DNA of 64,000 nt. It comes from Alphaproteobacteria bacterium (lineage in GTDB: Bacteria > Pseudomonadota > Alphaproteobacteria > UBA828). The notes beneath the pieces are model-generated. The model was not told the DNA's origin. It was given only the letters and a program-made list of their open reading frames with translations, and searched no databases. The translations under genes and the position numbers were made by a program. The DNA is taken from positions 1-64,000 of the forward strand of contig CAXXMU010000001.1 in NCBI GenBank assembly GCA_963667785.2, written 5' to 3'. Below are positions 49,684 to 63,616 of the stretch, in pieces (the first letter of the stretch is position 1; every line of letters starts with the position of its first letter).

Positions 49684-51144
49684 ATGCGGGTCTTCATCGC
49701 CTGTCTCGGAACCGAGACCAACACCTTCTCGTCGCTGCCGACGGGCGAGCAGACCTATCGCGACACCGCCCTCTTCGACGGCGATGCGACCCGCCGCGAG
49801 CCCACCCCCTTCAGCCAGCCGCTCCACATCTGGCGCGCGCGGGCCGAGGAGCAGGGGCACGAGGTCGCGGAAGGGCTTTGCGCCTTCGCCCAGCCGGGGG
49901 GGCGGACGATCCGGCGCGTCTACGAGGACTATCGCGACCGCATCCTGGCGCAGGCGGAGGCCGCGCTGCCGCTCGACCTCGTGCTGGTCAACATGCACGG
50001 CGCCATGGTGGCCGAGGGCTACGACGACTGCGAGGGCGACCTGCTGGCCCGCCTGCGCGCGGTCGCCGGTCCTGACACGGTCATCGGCGGCGAGCTCGAC
50101 CTCCACTGCCACATCACTCCCGCGATGCTGGAGGCGGCGACCGTGCTCGTCACCTACAAGGAGTATCCCCACATCGATATCGGCGAGCGGGCCGACGACC
50201 TGTTCCGGCTCTGCCACGACGCGGCCCTCGGCCGCTCGGCGCCGGTGATGGCCGCCCACGACTGCCGCATGATCAGCATGTGGCGCACCACGGCCGAGCC
50301 GATGCGGGGCTTCGTCGCCGAGATGAAGGCGCGCGAGGGGAGCGACGGCATCCTCGCCGTCTCCTTCGGCCACGGCTTCCCCTGGGGCGACGTGGCTGCG
50401 GTGGGCGCGAAGACGCTGGTGGTGGCCGATGGCGACGAGGGGAAGGCGGCGGCGCTCGCGGCCGATCTCGCGGACCGGCTCTGGGCGATGCGCGAGGAGA
50501 CCCGGCCGACCGCCATCGGCATCGACGAGGCCATCGACAGGGCGCTGGCGAGCGACGGCGGGCCGGTGGTGCTGGCCGACGTCTCGGACAATGCCGGCGG
50601 CGGCGCGCCGAGCGATTCCACCTTCATCCTGGAGCGCCTGATCGCGCGCGGCGTGCGCGATGCGGCCAGCGGGCTCTACTGGGACCCGGTGGCGGTGCGC
50701 TTCTGCATGGAGGCGGGCGAGGGGGCCCGGCTCAGGCTCCGCATCGGCGGCAAGTGCGGCCCCGATTCCGGCGATCCGGTGGACCTCGCCGTCACCGTCG
50801 AGCGCATCGTCGAGAACGCCGCCCAGACCTTCGGCTCCGCCCGCAACGGGATCGGCGATGCCGTATGGGTGCGCGGCGAGGGCGGCCTCGATCTCGTGCT
50901 CAACACCCTGCGCACCCAGGTCTTCCACCCCGACGCGTTCACGGCCGTGGGTCTCGATCCCGCCGCCCGCAAGATCGTGGTGGTGAAATCCACCCAGCAC
51001 TTCCACGCCGGCTTCGCCCCGATCGCGAAGGATATCCTCTACGTCGCGGCGCCCGGTGCGATCGCGCCCGACTTCGCGGCGATTCCCTACACCAGGCTGG
51101 CGACGCCCTACTGGCCCAGGGTGGAAGACCCGTGGGCTGAGTAG
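49684..51144 (+). CDS. M81 family metallopeptidase (MlrC-like)
   Basis: ETNTFS, MHGAMV, DCEGDLL, LDLHCH, YPHID, DNAGGG, VVKSTQHF. Confidence 0.93.
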   Translation: MRVFIACLGTETNTFSSLPTGEQTYRDTALFDGDATRREPTPFSQPLHIWRARAEEQGHEVAEGLCAFAQPGGRTIRRVYEDYRDRILAQAEAALPLDLVLVNMHGAMVAEGYDDCEGDLLARLRAVAGPDTVIGGELDLHCHITPAMLEAATVLVTYKEYPHIDIGERADDLFRLCHDAALGRSAPVMAAHDCRMISMWRTTAEPMRGFVAEMKAREGSDGILAVSFGHGFPWGDVAAVGAKTLVVADGDEGKAAALAADLADRLWAMREETRPTAIGIDEAIDRALASDGGPVVLADVSDNAGGGAPSDSTFILERLIARGVRDAASGLYWDPVAVRFCMEAGEGARLRLRIGGKCGPDSGDPVDLAVTVERIVENAAQTFGSARNGIGDAVWVRGEGGLDLVLNTLRTQVFHPDAFTAVGLDPAARKIVVVKSTQHFHAGFAPIAKDILYVAAPGAIAPDFAAIPYTRLATPYWPRVEDPWAE

Positions 51145-51216
51145 GGGAAGCCCGGCGCGGGCGGCGGTGCTATCGTCGGCGGAGTGCGGACTCGAGCAGC
51201 GAGAGGCGAGGGAGCG

Positions 51217-51996
51217 ATGTTGGGAACGGTGGAGAGCATCTGGCGCTATCCCGTGAAGAGCATGCGCGGCGAGGAGGTGGACGAGATCTTCGTCGCTTTC
51301 ACCGGGCTGATGGGCGACCGGGTCTACGCCATCTCGTCGAGCGCCGCGGACCCGGCCTTCCCCTGGCATACCGCGCGGGAGCAGGAGGACCTGGTGCTCT
51401 ACCAGGCGCGCTTCAAGCAGCGTGACGGCACGCTCAAGCCCGACAACATGGAAGAGGCGATGGGCCACCCCGCCAACATCCACGCGCCGTTCCCCGAGGC
51501 GGACGCGTTCGCGGTCGAGGTCGAGCGCCCCGACGGCTCGGTGGTGGACATCGAGGACCCGGCCTTCCTGGAGGGGATCAAGGACAGGTCCAAGGGCGCG
51601 CTCTCGCTCCGCTTCACCCAGCGCAGCCTGGTCGACTGCCGGCCCGTCACCCTCTTCTCCCTGCAGACCGTGGGCCAGCTTGCAGACGAGACCGGCATCG
51701 ACGTCCACAAGCTGCAGTTCCGCGCCAACCTCTACGTCGACTGGAGCGAGCAGGGCGGCTTCTACGAGGACGAGCTGGTGGGCCGCCGGGTCACGGTGGG
51801 CGATGCGGTGGAGCTGATGGTCGTGGAGCGCGACCCCCGCTGCAAGTTCATCACCATCCACCCGGAGACCGCCGAGACCGCGCCGGCGCTGCTCAAGCAC
51901 GTCAACAGGACGCGCGACGGCTTCGCCGGCGTCTATGCGGCGGTCATCAAGGAAGGGCCCGTCAGGGCCGGCGACGAGATCGCGCTGGTGGACTGA
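51217..51996 (+). CDS. MOSC domain protein
   Basis: IWRYPVKSMRGE, GDRVYA, FRANL, PRC, GVYAAVIKEGPVRAGD. Confidence 0.92.
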   Translation: MLGTVESIWRYPVKSMRGEEVDEIFVAFTGLMGDRVYAISSSAADPAFPWHTAREQEDLVLYQARFKQRDGTLKPDNMEEAMGHPANIHAPFPEADAFAVEVERPDGSVVDIEDPAFLEGIKDRSKGALSLRFTQRSLVDCRPVTLFSLQTVGQLADETGIDVHKLQFRANLYVDWSEQGGFYEDELVGRRVTVGDAVELMVVERDPRCKFITIHPETAETAPALLKHVNRTRDGFAGVYAAVIKEGPVRAGDEIALVD

Positions 51997-52043
51997 GGGC
52001 GGACGCCCAGCCGACATTCCTCCGTTAACGGGAGCATTGCGCC

Positions 52044-55688
<3,645 letters not shown>

Positions 55689-55723
55689 CGACGGGCTCGA
55701 CAGACATCCAGGAGGAGACCGCC

Positions 55724-56125
55724 ATGACGCTCACGCTCGAAGAGGCCAACCGCGTTGCCGCCGGTGCGATCGCGCACGCGGAAAGCCTCGATATCCTGGT
55801 CTGCGTCGCGGTCTGCGACGCCGGCGGCCGGCTGGTCTCCTTCCAGCGCATGGACGGTGCCATCTGGGCCGCCGTCTACGGCTCCCAGGGCAAGGCCGCG
55901 GCGTCCGCCGCCTTCGGCCGGCCGAGCGGCGACCTCACCGAGCGGGCCGACCATCCCACCTTCCGCGGGATCGTCGCGGCCGACGGCGGCCACATGATCC
56001 TCGGCCGGGGCGCCGTGCCGATCGTGCGCAACAGCCAGGTCGTCGGCGCCTGCGGGGTCGGCGGCGGCACCGGCGAGGAGGACGAGGAGTGCGCCGCGGC
56101 CGGCGTCGCGCGCATCCAATCATGA
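55724..56125 (+). CDS. GlcG/HbpS family heme-binding protein
   Basis: VAVCDAGG..FQRMDGA..GKA, GACGVGGG..DEECA; AGGAGGAG RBS. Confidence 0.88.
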   Translation: MTLTLEEANRVAAGAIAHAESLDILVCVAVCDAGGRLVSFQRMDGAIWAAVYGSQGKAAASAAFGRPSGDLTERADHPTFRGIVAADGGHMILGRGAVPIVRNSQVVGACGVGGGTGEEDEECAAAGVARIQS

Positions 56126-56196
56126 GTCCGCGCACGCCGGCGTCGCGCGCCTCTGATCTGGAACAGCCCGCGCCTTCCGTCCAGTACGCGCGCCGC

Positions 56197-57093
56197 ATGA
56201 GCGATCCCGCCGCCGGCCAGCACCCGCGTGGGAGCGACTTCGACCGCCTCTACGATCTGGACGACCCCAGCCCCTACTTCGCGGCGCTGAGGCCGCTCGA
56301 CTACCGCATGCCTGCGGTGCTGGCAGGCGCGCTCGAGGCCATAGAGACCCCACTGCGCGCTGCGCGCGATGCGGGCGATGCCCTGAAGATATTGGACTTC
56401 GCCTGCGGCTACGGCGCCATCGGCGCCCTGCTGCGTCACGAGCTCACCCTGCCGAAGCTCTACGCGCGCTACGGCGAGCGGCGGTGGCAAGCGGAGGAGG
56501 CACGGCGCTACTGGGAGGCGGACAGGGCTTTCTTCGGCGCCCGTCGCCGCGAGACGCCGGGGGTCGAGATCGCCGGCGTCGACGTTGCCTGGGCTGCGCT
56601 GGCGTATGCGGCCGCCGTGGGGTTCGTCGATCGGGCCTTTCGCGAAGACCTCGTTGACCGCGCGCCCGGCGACGGACTGACGCGCTTTCTTCAGGGTGTC
56701 GATCTGGTCATCGAGAGTGGCGCCATGGGCCATCTGCTGCCGGGGGCCTTCCGGCGCATTCTCGATTGCAGGGGCGCGGCGCACGGGCCCTGGTTCCTCT
56801 ACGGCCTTCGTCCCGACGTGGACGCGGCGGCGCTGAACGGACTGTGGCGCGAGCGCGGCTATCGGATCGAGGCTCTCGGAGCGGAGCCGGCGCGCTACCG
56901 CAAGCTCTCGGGAGAGCGGGAGTGGGCGGACGTGCTTCGCCGCACCCGGGCGCTCGGCAGGCCGGACGGGGCCGTCAGGCGCGACGGTTACATGCTGGTG
57001 GAGGTGACGCTGGTGCGGCCGGAGGCCGACGCCGAGAACCCGCCGATCGCAGAGCTGCGGCGGCTGGTCGAGCGCGCCACCGCTCAGCCGTAG
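56197..57093 (+). CDS. SAM-dependent methyltransferase-like protein
   Basis: ILDFACGYG motif I; start may be 56122. Confidence 0.72.
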   Translation: MSDPAAGQHPRGSDFDRLYDLDDPSPYFAALRPLDYRMPAVLAGALEAIETPLRAARDAGDALKILDFACGYGAIGALLRHELTLPKLYARYGERRWQAEEARRYWEADRAFFGARRRETPGVEIAGVDVAWAALAYAAAVGFVDRAFREDLVDRAPGDGLTRFLQGVDLVIESGAMGHLLPGAFRRILDCRGAAHGPWFLYGLRPDVDAAALNGLWRERGYRIEALGAEPARYRKLSGEREWADVLRRTRALGRPDGAVRRDGYMLVEVTLVRPEADAENPPIAELRRLVERATAQP

Positions 57094-58772
57094 CCGTAGT
57101 CGCGCCGCGCGCCTTCCGGCGTGATCCAGCCCTCGCGCAGGTCTTCCGCGATCATGGCGGGGTCGCGCTCGGCGGCATCGCCGTAGCCGCCGGCGCCAGG
57201 CGCGATCAGCCGGATGCGGTCGCCCGGCCCGATGGTGGCGTTGGCGAACTTGCTGGGCGAGGTCTTGCCGAAGGCCTCGGTGAAGGGGCGCCAGTCGTCG
57301 CTGCCCGCGGCTTGGTAGAGGAGCCCGCCGACGGCCCCCGGCCCGCCGCCCAGCAGCCCCCAGGGGCGCATCTTGTGGCGGTCCGAGACCGAGCTCACGG
57401 TGATCTCGGTGTCGACGCAGCGCAGCACCTTGGCCAGCGCGTGGGCGCCCCGGAAGCGGCCGTGGCCGGCGGTGTCCGGCTGCAGCGCATATTCCTCGAC
57501 CTGCCACGGGTAGCGCACCTCGAACACCTCGACCGGCACCATCCGCGAGTTGCCGTTGATGCAGTTGATGACCTCGTTGCCGTCGGCGAAGGGCCGCCCG
57601 CCCCAGGCCGCGCAGGTGAAGTCGTAGCAGACCACGTAGTCGCCCGAGCGGGGATCGGTGGCGCCGAACAGGAAGTTGCTGTGGGTGCCGGCGTCGGTGG
57701 CGAAGGCACGCTCCGGCACGCACTGCGAGAGCGCGGCGATGATGGTGTAGGCGATGCGGATATGGGTCTCGGTGTTGCCGCCGACGCAGGTCGCCGGATA
57801 GTTGGCATTCACCATGGAGCCCGCCGGCGCCACGATCTTGATCGGCCGGAAGCAGCCGGAGTTCTTGGGGATCGACGGGTCGGTGAGGTGCAGGATCGCG
57901 TTGTAGGCCGATGACCAGGCGACCGAGAGCACGGCGTTGATCGGCCCCCGCGCCTGGGAATCCGAGCCGCCGTAGTCGACCACCACCTCGTCGCCCTGGA
58001 CGTGGACATCGACGTGGATCCTGTACGGCCGGTCCTCGATGCCGTCGTCCTCCATGTAATCCTCGAAGCTGTAGACGCCGTCGCGGAAGGCGGAGAGCTC
58101 CGCCCGCATCCGCGACTCGGCATAGTCCATCAGGTCGTCGGCGGTCCGGCGGAAGGTGTCCGGCCCGTACTTCTCGATCAGCGCGGTCAGCCTCGCCGCG
58201 CCCACGTCGACGGCGCTGATGAGGGCGCGGAAGTCGCCGTAGTTGGCACGGGGCGTGCGGTAGTTCGCGAGCAGCAGCTTCCACACCTCGACCACGTCCT
58301 CGCCGCGCTCCTTGATCTTGACCGGGGGCACGCGCATGCCTTCGTGGAAGATCTCGGTGGCCTCGCCGGCGAAGCCGCCCGGCACCATGCCGCCCACCTC
58401 GGCCACATGGCCGATGGCGACGGCAAAGCCCATCAGCTCGCCCCGGTGGAAGACCGGCTTGATGAAGGTGTGCTCCGGCGTGTGCATGCCGCCGCGGTAG
58501 GGGTCGTTGTGGACGATGACGTCCCCTTCCTCGATCTCGTCGTGCGGAATCTCCTGGACCGAGGTCTGCAGCACCAGCGGCAGGCCGCCGATCTGCGAGG
58601 GGTTGAACTCGGCGACGCCGATCAGCTCGCCCCGCGTGTTGCCGAGGCCGCAGGTGAAGTCCAGGCCCTCGTTGAAGATGGTCGAGTACGAGGTCTTCAT
58701 CATCGTGATGCCCATCTCGCGGCAGATGGACACCATCGTCGAATCGATGATGTTCATGGTGACCATGTCCAT
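57084..58772 (-). CDS. Hydantoinase B/oxoprolinase family protein
   Basis: YSTIFNEGLDFTCG, HNDPYRGGMHTPE, HVAEVGG, PGAGGYG. Confidence 0.93.
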   Translation of the reverse strand: MDMVTMNIIDSTMVSICREMGITMMKTSYSTIFNEGLDFTCGLGNTRGELIGVAEFNPSQIGGLPLVLQTSVQEIPHDEIEEGDVIVHNDPYRGGMHTPEHTFIKPVFHRGELMGFAVAIGHVAEVGGMVPGGFAGEATEIFHEGMRVPPVKIKERGEDVVEVWKLLLANYRTPRANYGDFRALISAVDVGAARLTALIEKYGPDTFRRTADDLMDYAESRMRAELSAFRDGVYSFEDYMEDDGIEDRPYRIHVDVHVQGDEVVVDYGGSDSQARGPINAVLSVAWSSAYNAILHLTDPSIPKNSGCFRPIKIVAPAGSMVNANYPATCVGGNTETHIRIAYTIIAALSQCVPERAFATDAGTHSNFLFGATDPRSGDYVVCYDFTCAAWGGRPFADGNEVINCINGNSRMVPVEVFEVRYPWQVEEYALQPDTAGHGRFRGAHALAKVLRCVDTEITVSSVSDRHKMRPWGLLGGGPGAVGGLLYQAAGSDDWRPFTEAFGKTSPSKFANATIGPGDRIRLIAPGAGGYGDAAERDPAMIAEDLREGWITPEGARRDYGYG

Positions 58773-58921
58773 GGAGGGAGCCTCCTCTTCCCGCCTCGTG
58801 CGCGCCGCCGGCGCGGCGGCGGCCACAGTGGCCGAGCGCGCACCGGGCCGCAAGCGGGTGGAGGGAGGCGATGCAGGCGGGGATGGGCCGCGGCAGGGCT
58901 CTCGCCGCGCTTGCCGGGCCG

Positions 58922-59266
58922 TCAGTCGAAGGGCGGGAGGCTCGCCTGCGCCTTGCGCGTCAGGCTCTTTCGCACGATGCGGTAGGAGTCCGCCAGCCGC
59001 AGGCGCAGCTCGTCCTCCGGCATCTCCCAGGGGAGGTTGATCCAGGAGCGGTGGAAGTAGGGCGCCCTGCGGCCGACGCCCATCTCGATCAGCATCGCGG
59101 CGGTCTCGATGCTGTCGGTCTTGATCGAGACGCCCGGCAGCTTCGAGCCGATGCAGGCGAACATCTTGCCGCCCACCTTCCAGGCGTCGTGACCGCCGCC
59201 CCACGGGTCCGACTGCTCGGCGCCGGGGAAGGTACGGCAGATCGCGTTGACCGTGTCGCGGCTCAT
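58922..59266 (-). CDS. MmcQ/YjbR family protein
   Basis: PWGG..WKVGGKMFA, APYFHRSW, SYRIV. Confidence 0.9.
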   Translation of the reverse strand: MSRDTVNAICRTFPGAEQSDPWGGGHDAWKVGGKMFACIGSKLPGVSIKTDSIETAAMLIEMGVGRRAPYFHRSWINLPWEMPEDELRLRLADSYRIVRKSLTRKAQASLPPFD

Positions 59267-59288
59267 CTCTCGCCCGCTCCCCGGCCCA

Positions 59289-60404
59289 TCAGACGAAGAT
59301 GTCGTCCGGCAGGATCGCGGAGACGACGGTGTTGGGCACCGCCGCGATGCCGTCCACGGTGACGTCGACCCCGACGCTCGCGATCACGTAAGCCTGGATG
59401 CGGGAGAAGCCGCGCTCGTGGACGAGGTGGTCGATGATGTTGAGCAGCGCGTTCCTGGTCGCGAGGTTGATGTCCTCCTGCCGGTTCTTGCCCTCGCGCT
59501 CGATGCAGAGCCCGGTGGTGGCGTAGTAGCCGCCGCGATCGAGCGCATGCCTCGCCGGCGCCGCGTCGCTGCGCGAATAGTGGATGTCGCGGATGCCGCG
59601 CTCGGCGGCGAGACCCTTCCGCAGGCCGAAGCGCGCCCGCAGCGTCGTGCTGGTCTCGATGGCCGTGCCGCAGCACTCGCTGCTGCCCTGGGCGAAGTGG
59701 CCGTCGCCCGCGGAGAAGAGCGCGCCCTCGGTCCACACCGGGAAGTAGACCGTGGTGCCGGCGATCATCTGCTTGGTGTCGAAATTGCCGCCATGCTCGC
59801 GCGGCGGCATGGTCCTGAGCGCCTCGCCGTCGATGGCCGGGTTGCGCGTGATCGCGCCGTCGGCAGCCGGCGGCAGCGCCATCCCGCCGGCGGCGACGAG
59901 GTCGTTCTCCCGCGCGGCGATCCGGCCGATCATCTCGTGCGAGGGCGCCACGCCCATCACCCCCATGAAGGGTGCGCCGGGGATCCGCACGCCCGGTATC
60001 TCCGCGCAGACGGCGCCGCCCGCGTGCTGCTCCCACTTCGCGCAGAAGGGCTCGTCGAACACGTCGCGCAGGTAGCCGAAGCCGGGGAGCGCGAGGGTGA
60101 AGCCGTAGTCGCCGGAGATCACGTCGAGGACGTCGACGACCAGCAGGTCGCCGGGCTCGGCGCCCCTGACGTAGACCGGGCCGGTCAGGGGATGCACGAG
60201 ATTGAGGTCGAGGCGCAGCAGATCGTCGAGGGTGGACTCGCGCGAGATCAGCGCATCGCCCCCGTCGCGCGTCTCCATGAGCACCTCGTCGCCCGGGTCG
60301 ACGGTGAGGATGGGCGGAATGTCGGGGTGCCAGCGGTTGTGGCCGGTGCCCGGCTCGTCGGCGAGCCTCCTGGACTGGTCGATGCGAATCTCGTGTGCCG
60401 CCAT
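59289..60404 (-). CDS. Acetamidase/formamidase family protein
   Basis: HNRWHPDIPP, HPLTGPVYVRGAEPGD, PREHGGNFD, GDGHFAQG. Confidence 0.93.
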   Translation of the reverse strand: MAAHEIRIDQSRRLADEPGTGHNRWHPDIPPILTVDPGDEVLMETRDGGDALISRESTLDDLLRLDLNLVHPLTGPVYVRGAEPGDLLVVDVLDVISGDYGFTLALPGFGYLRDVFDEPFCAKWEQHAGGAVCAEIPGVRIPGAPFMGVMGVAPSHEMIGRIAARENDLVAAGGMALPPAADGAITRNPAIDGEALRTMPPREHGGNFDTKQMIAGTTVYFPVWTEGALFSAGDGHFAQGSSECCGTAIETSTTLRARFGLRKGLAAERGIRDIHYSRSDAAPARHALDRGGYYATTGLCIEREGKNRQEDINLATRNALLNIIDHLVHERGFSRIQAYVIASVGVDVTVDGIAAVPNTVVSAILPDDIFV

Positions 60405-60556
60405 CGTGGCCTCCTAGCCGCGTCGGATCGGCGCCGATGGTACACGCGCCTCTGTGCGCGCACTATCGGCCGCGCCATGACTTGCCGCCGCTGCTAGGCT
60501 AGCATCGGCCGAGGCCCCCGCGCAGGACGGGCGCCGAGCGCGGAAGGGAGAGCGCG

Positions 60557-61966
60557 ATGGAAGGCCATGCCGTAACCAATCTCAGCCTCGAGCAGATGGA
60601 CGTGGAGACGACTCTCCACGCCTTCACACCCATCCACGAGCACGAGAAGTCCGGCCCGCACATCATCACCAACGGCGACGGCATCTACGTCACCGACAAC
60701 AAGGGCGACACCTACATCGACGCGATGGCCTCGCTCTTCTGCGTCAACGCGGGCTACGGGCGGAAGGAGATCGGCGAGGCGATCGCCGAGCAGGCGCGGA
60801 GCTTCCCCTACTTCCACACCATGGCGGGCCATGCCAACGAGCAGCAGATCAGGCTCAGCGACCGCCTGCTCGACATCCTGCCCGATTCCATGAGCCGGCT
60901 GCTCTACGCGAGCTCCGGCTCCGAGGCGAACGACGCCAACGTCAAGCTCGCCTGGATGTACCAGCGCTGCCGCGGCAAGCCCGAGAAGCGCAAGATCATC
61001 GCGCGCAGCATGGGCTATCACGGCGTCACCGGGATCGCGACCAACCTCTCCGGCCTGCCGCTGATGCACGAGGCCTTCGGCCTGCCGCTGCCGGGCTTCC
61101 TGCACACGGAGAAGGGCCACTATTTCTGGGAGGGTGCGCCCGGCGAGAGCGAGCGCGATTTCTCCAAGCGCATGGCTGCCGCGCTGGAGGAGATGATCGT
61201 GCGCGAAGGGCCGGAGACGGTCTGCGCCTTCATCGCCGAGCCCGTGATGGGCGCGTCCGCCTGCGTGGCACCGGCGGAGGGCTACTTCGAGGAGATCCAG
61301 GCGGTCTGCAAGCGCCACGACGTGCTCTTCATCGCCGACGAGGTGATCACCGGCTTCGGCCGCCTCGGCACCTGGTTCGCGACCGAGAAGTACGGCCTCG
61401 ACCCCGACCTGATGACGCTGTCGAAGGGCATCACCAGCGCCTACGTGCCGCTCTCCGTCTCAGTGATCTCGGACCGGGTCTGGGAGGTGCTGCACGAGGG
61501 CTCGAAGGACATCCCGATCTTCGCCCACGGGCACACGGCGAGCGCCCATCCGCTCGCCTGCGCCGCCGCCAACGCCAACCTCGCGCTGATGGAGCAGGAG
61601 GACATGGTGGGGAACGCAGCCTCCACCGGCGCCTACTTCAAGCAGCAGCTCGAGGAGCGCTGCGGCCCGCACCCGCTGATGGGCGAGATCAGGGGCGATG
61701 GCCTGATGCTCGCGATCGAGCTGGTGGCGAACAAGGAGACGAAGGAAGAGCTCAACCTGGAGTGGGACTGCTCGCACCGGCTCTTCGACCTCTGCCTGGA
61801 GGAGAAGCTCATCACGCGCGGCTTCTTCGGCCACAACTCGACCTCGTTCGCGCCGCCGCTGACGATCACGCGGGACCAGGTGGACGATGTGATCGACCGC
61901 TTCTCCCGCGGCCTCGACAGGCTCACTGCCGATCTCAAGTCGGAGTACGGCTTCAGCCCGGCCTGA
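60557..61966 (+). CDS. Class III aminotransferase
   Basis: SGSEAND, FIAEPVMG, ADEVITGFGRLG, LSKGITSAY. Confidence 0.95.
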   Translation: MEGHAVTNLSLEQMDVETTLHAFTPIHEHEKSGPHIITNGDGIYVTDNKGDTYIDAMASLFCVNAGYGRKEIGEAIAEQARSFPYFHTMAGHANEQQIRLSDRLLDILPDSMSRLLYASSGSEANDANVKLAWMYQRCRGKPEKRKIIARSMGYHGVTGIATNLSGLPLMHEAFGLPLPGFLHTEKGHYFWEGAPGESERDFSKRMAAALEEMIVREGPETVCAFIAEPVMGASACVAPAEGYFEEIQAVCKRHDVLFIADEVITGFGRLGTWFATEKYGLDPDLMTLSKGITSAYVPLSVSVISDRVWEVLHEGSKDIPIFAHGHTASAHPLACAAANANLALMEQEDMVGNAASTGAYFKQQLEERCGPHPLMGEIRGDGLMLAIELVANKETKEELNLEWDCSHRLFDLCLEEKLITRGFFGHNSTSFAPPLTITRDQVDDVIDRFSRGLDRLTADLKSEYGFSPA

Positions 61967-62053
61967 AAGGCCGCCGGCCGCATTCGGCCCCGATCGGGCG
62001 TCCAACTCGGAAGGCGGACGCCCGGCCTGGGCTCGGCAGGTCTTAGAGGGCCG

Positions 62054-63514
62054 CTACGCCGCCTGCTTGGCCTGTAGCCCGTTCTCGTCCACCCAGCGTG
62101 TGGTGTCGTCGAGGGCCAGCGTGAAGCGGCGCATCATTTCCTCGACCTCCGCCTCGGTCATCACCAGGGGCGGCGCGAAGGCGAGGCTGTCGCCGGCGAG
62201 CGCGCTCCGGATGATCAACCCGTGCTCGCGGGCGCGGTCCACCGCATAGGCCTTCACGCCGCAGGCCGGGTCGAACGAGCGCCGGGTCTCCTTGTCCGCC
62301 ACCAGCTCGATGGCCGCCATCATGCCGACGCCGCGGGTGGTGCCCACCAGCGGATGGTCGGCGAAGCCCCGGATGCGCTCCTGCAGCAGCGCGCCCACGC
62401 GGCGCACGTTGCCGAGCACGTCGCGCTCCTCCATCAGCTCCTGGCAGCGAAGCGCCACCGCCACCGCCACCGGGTGCCCGGTGGTGGTGAACGCGTGGGC
62501 GAAGAAGCCCAGCTTGCGGCTCTCGGCCAGCATGGCGTCGTAGAGCTTCTGGTTGATCATCACCGCCGAGATCGGCTGGTAGGCGCTGGCCAGCCCCTTC
62601 GCGAGCGAGAGGCCGTCCGGCCTGATGTCGAAGGTCTCCGAGCCCAGCCAGTTGCCGGTCCTGCCCGAGCCGGTGATGACCTCGTCGGCGAAGAAGAGGA
62701 TCTCGTACCTGTCGAGCACCGCCTGCACCTTCTCGAAGTAGGTGCGGGGCGGCACGATGCAGCCGCCGCCGCCCATCACGGGCTCGGCGAAGAAGGCGGC
62801 GACCGTCTCCGGCCCCTCGCGCTGGATCAGCTCCTCGAGGTTGGCGGCGAGGCGTGAGGCGTAGTCCTCCTCGCTCTCGCCCGGCTCGCCGTAGCGGTAG
62901 AAGTGGGGGCAGTCGGTCTTGAGGAAGAGGTCGTTGACCGGCAGGTCGAAGTCCGTGTGCATCTGCGGGATGCCGGTGACGCTGGCGGCGCCGCAGGTCA
63001 CGCCGTGGAAGCCCATGAAGCGGGAGATGATCTTCTTCTTCTCCGGCTTGCCGATGGCGTTGTGGTAGTACCAGGCGAGCTTGACCAGCGTGTCGTTCGC
63101 CTCCGAGCCAGAGTTGGCGAAGAAGACCCGCGCCATCGGCACGTGGGTGGAGGCCTTGAGCCGCTCGGCGAGGCGCCCCATGGGCTCGGTCGTCTTGTCG
63201 ATCAGCGAGTGGTAGTAGGGGAGCGCGCGGAACTGCTCGATCGCGGCATCCACCAGCGCGCTCTCGCTGAAGCCGAAGTTGGCGCACCACATGCCGGCGA
63301 CGCCCTCGATGTAGTCGCGGCCCTCCTCGTCGACGATCGAGACTCCCCGCCCGCGGGTGACGACAAGCGGCGGCGTCTTCTCCAGCGCGTCGAGGTTGCC
63401 GTAGCCGTGGGCGACGTGGGCCACGTTGCGCGCGCCCAGCGAGTTCGGCTTGGCCGCGGGCGCGGCGCTCTCTGCACCGTCGTTGTCGGGTCTGCTGCTG
63501 GCATCGTCCATCAC
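62054..63514 (-). CDS. Class III aminotransferase
   Basis: NSGSEAND, FFAEPVMG, ADEVITG, LAKGLASAY. Confidence 0.95.
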   Translation of the reverse strand: MMDDASSRPDNDGAESAAPAAKPNSLGARNVAHVAHGYGNLDALEKTPPLVVTRGRGVSIVDEEGRDYIEGVAGMWCANFGFSESALVDAAIEQFRALPYYHSLIDKTTEPMGRLAERLKASTHVPMARVFFANSGSEANDTLVKLAWYYHNAIGKPEKKKIISRFMGFHGVTCGAASVTGIPQMHTDFDLPVNDLFLKTDCPHFYRYGEPGESEEDYASRLAANLEELIQREGPETVAAFFAEPVMGGGGCIVPPRTYFEKVQAVLDRYEILFFADEVITGSGRTGNWLGSETFDIRPDGLSLAKGLASAYQPISAVMINQKLYDAMLAESRKLGFFAHAFTTTGHPVAVAVALRCQELMEERDVLGNVRRVGALLQERIRGFADHPLVGTTRGVGMMAAIELVADKETRRSFDPACGVKAYAVDRAREHGLIIRSALAGDSLAFAPPLVMTEAEVEEMMRRFTLALDDTTRWVDENGLQAKQAA

Positions 63515-63616
63515 GGGCCGTCTCCGTCGCTTGGGGCTGCGGGCGCAGGCGCCCGCCCGAGCGCGCGCATACTAGCCCGCAAGTCTCGCCGCGGTCACGG
63601 CCTGCGGTTTGCCCGG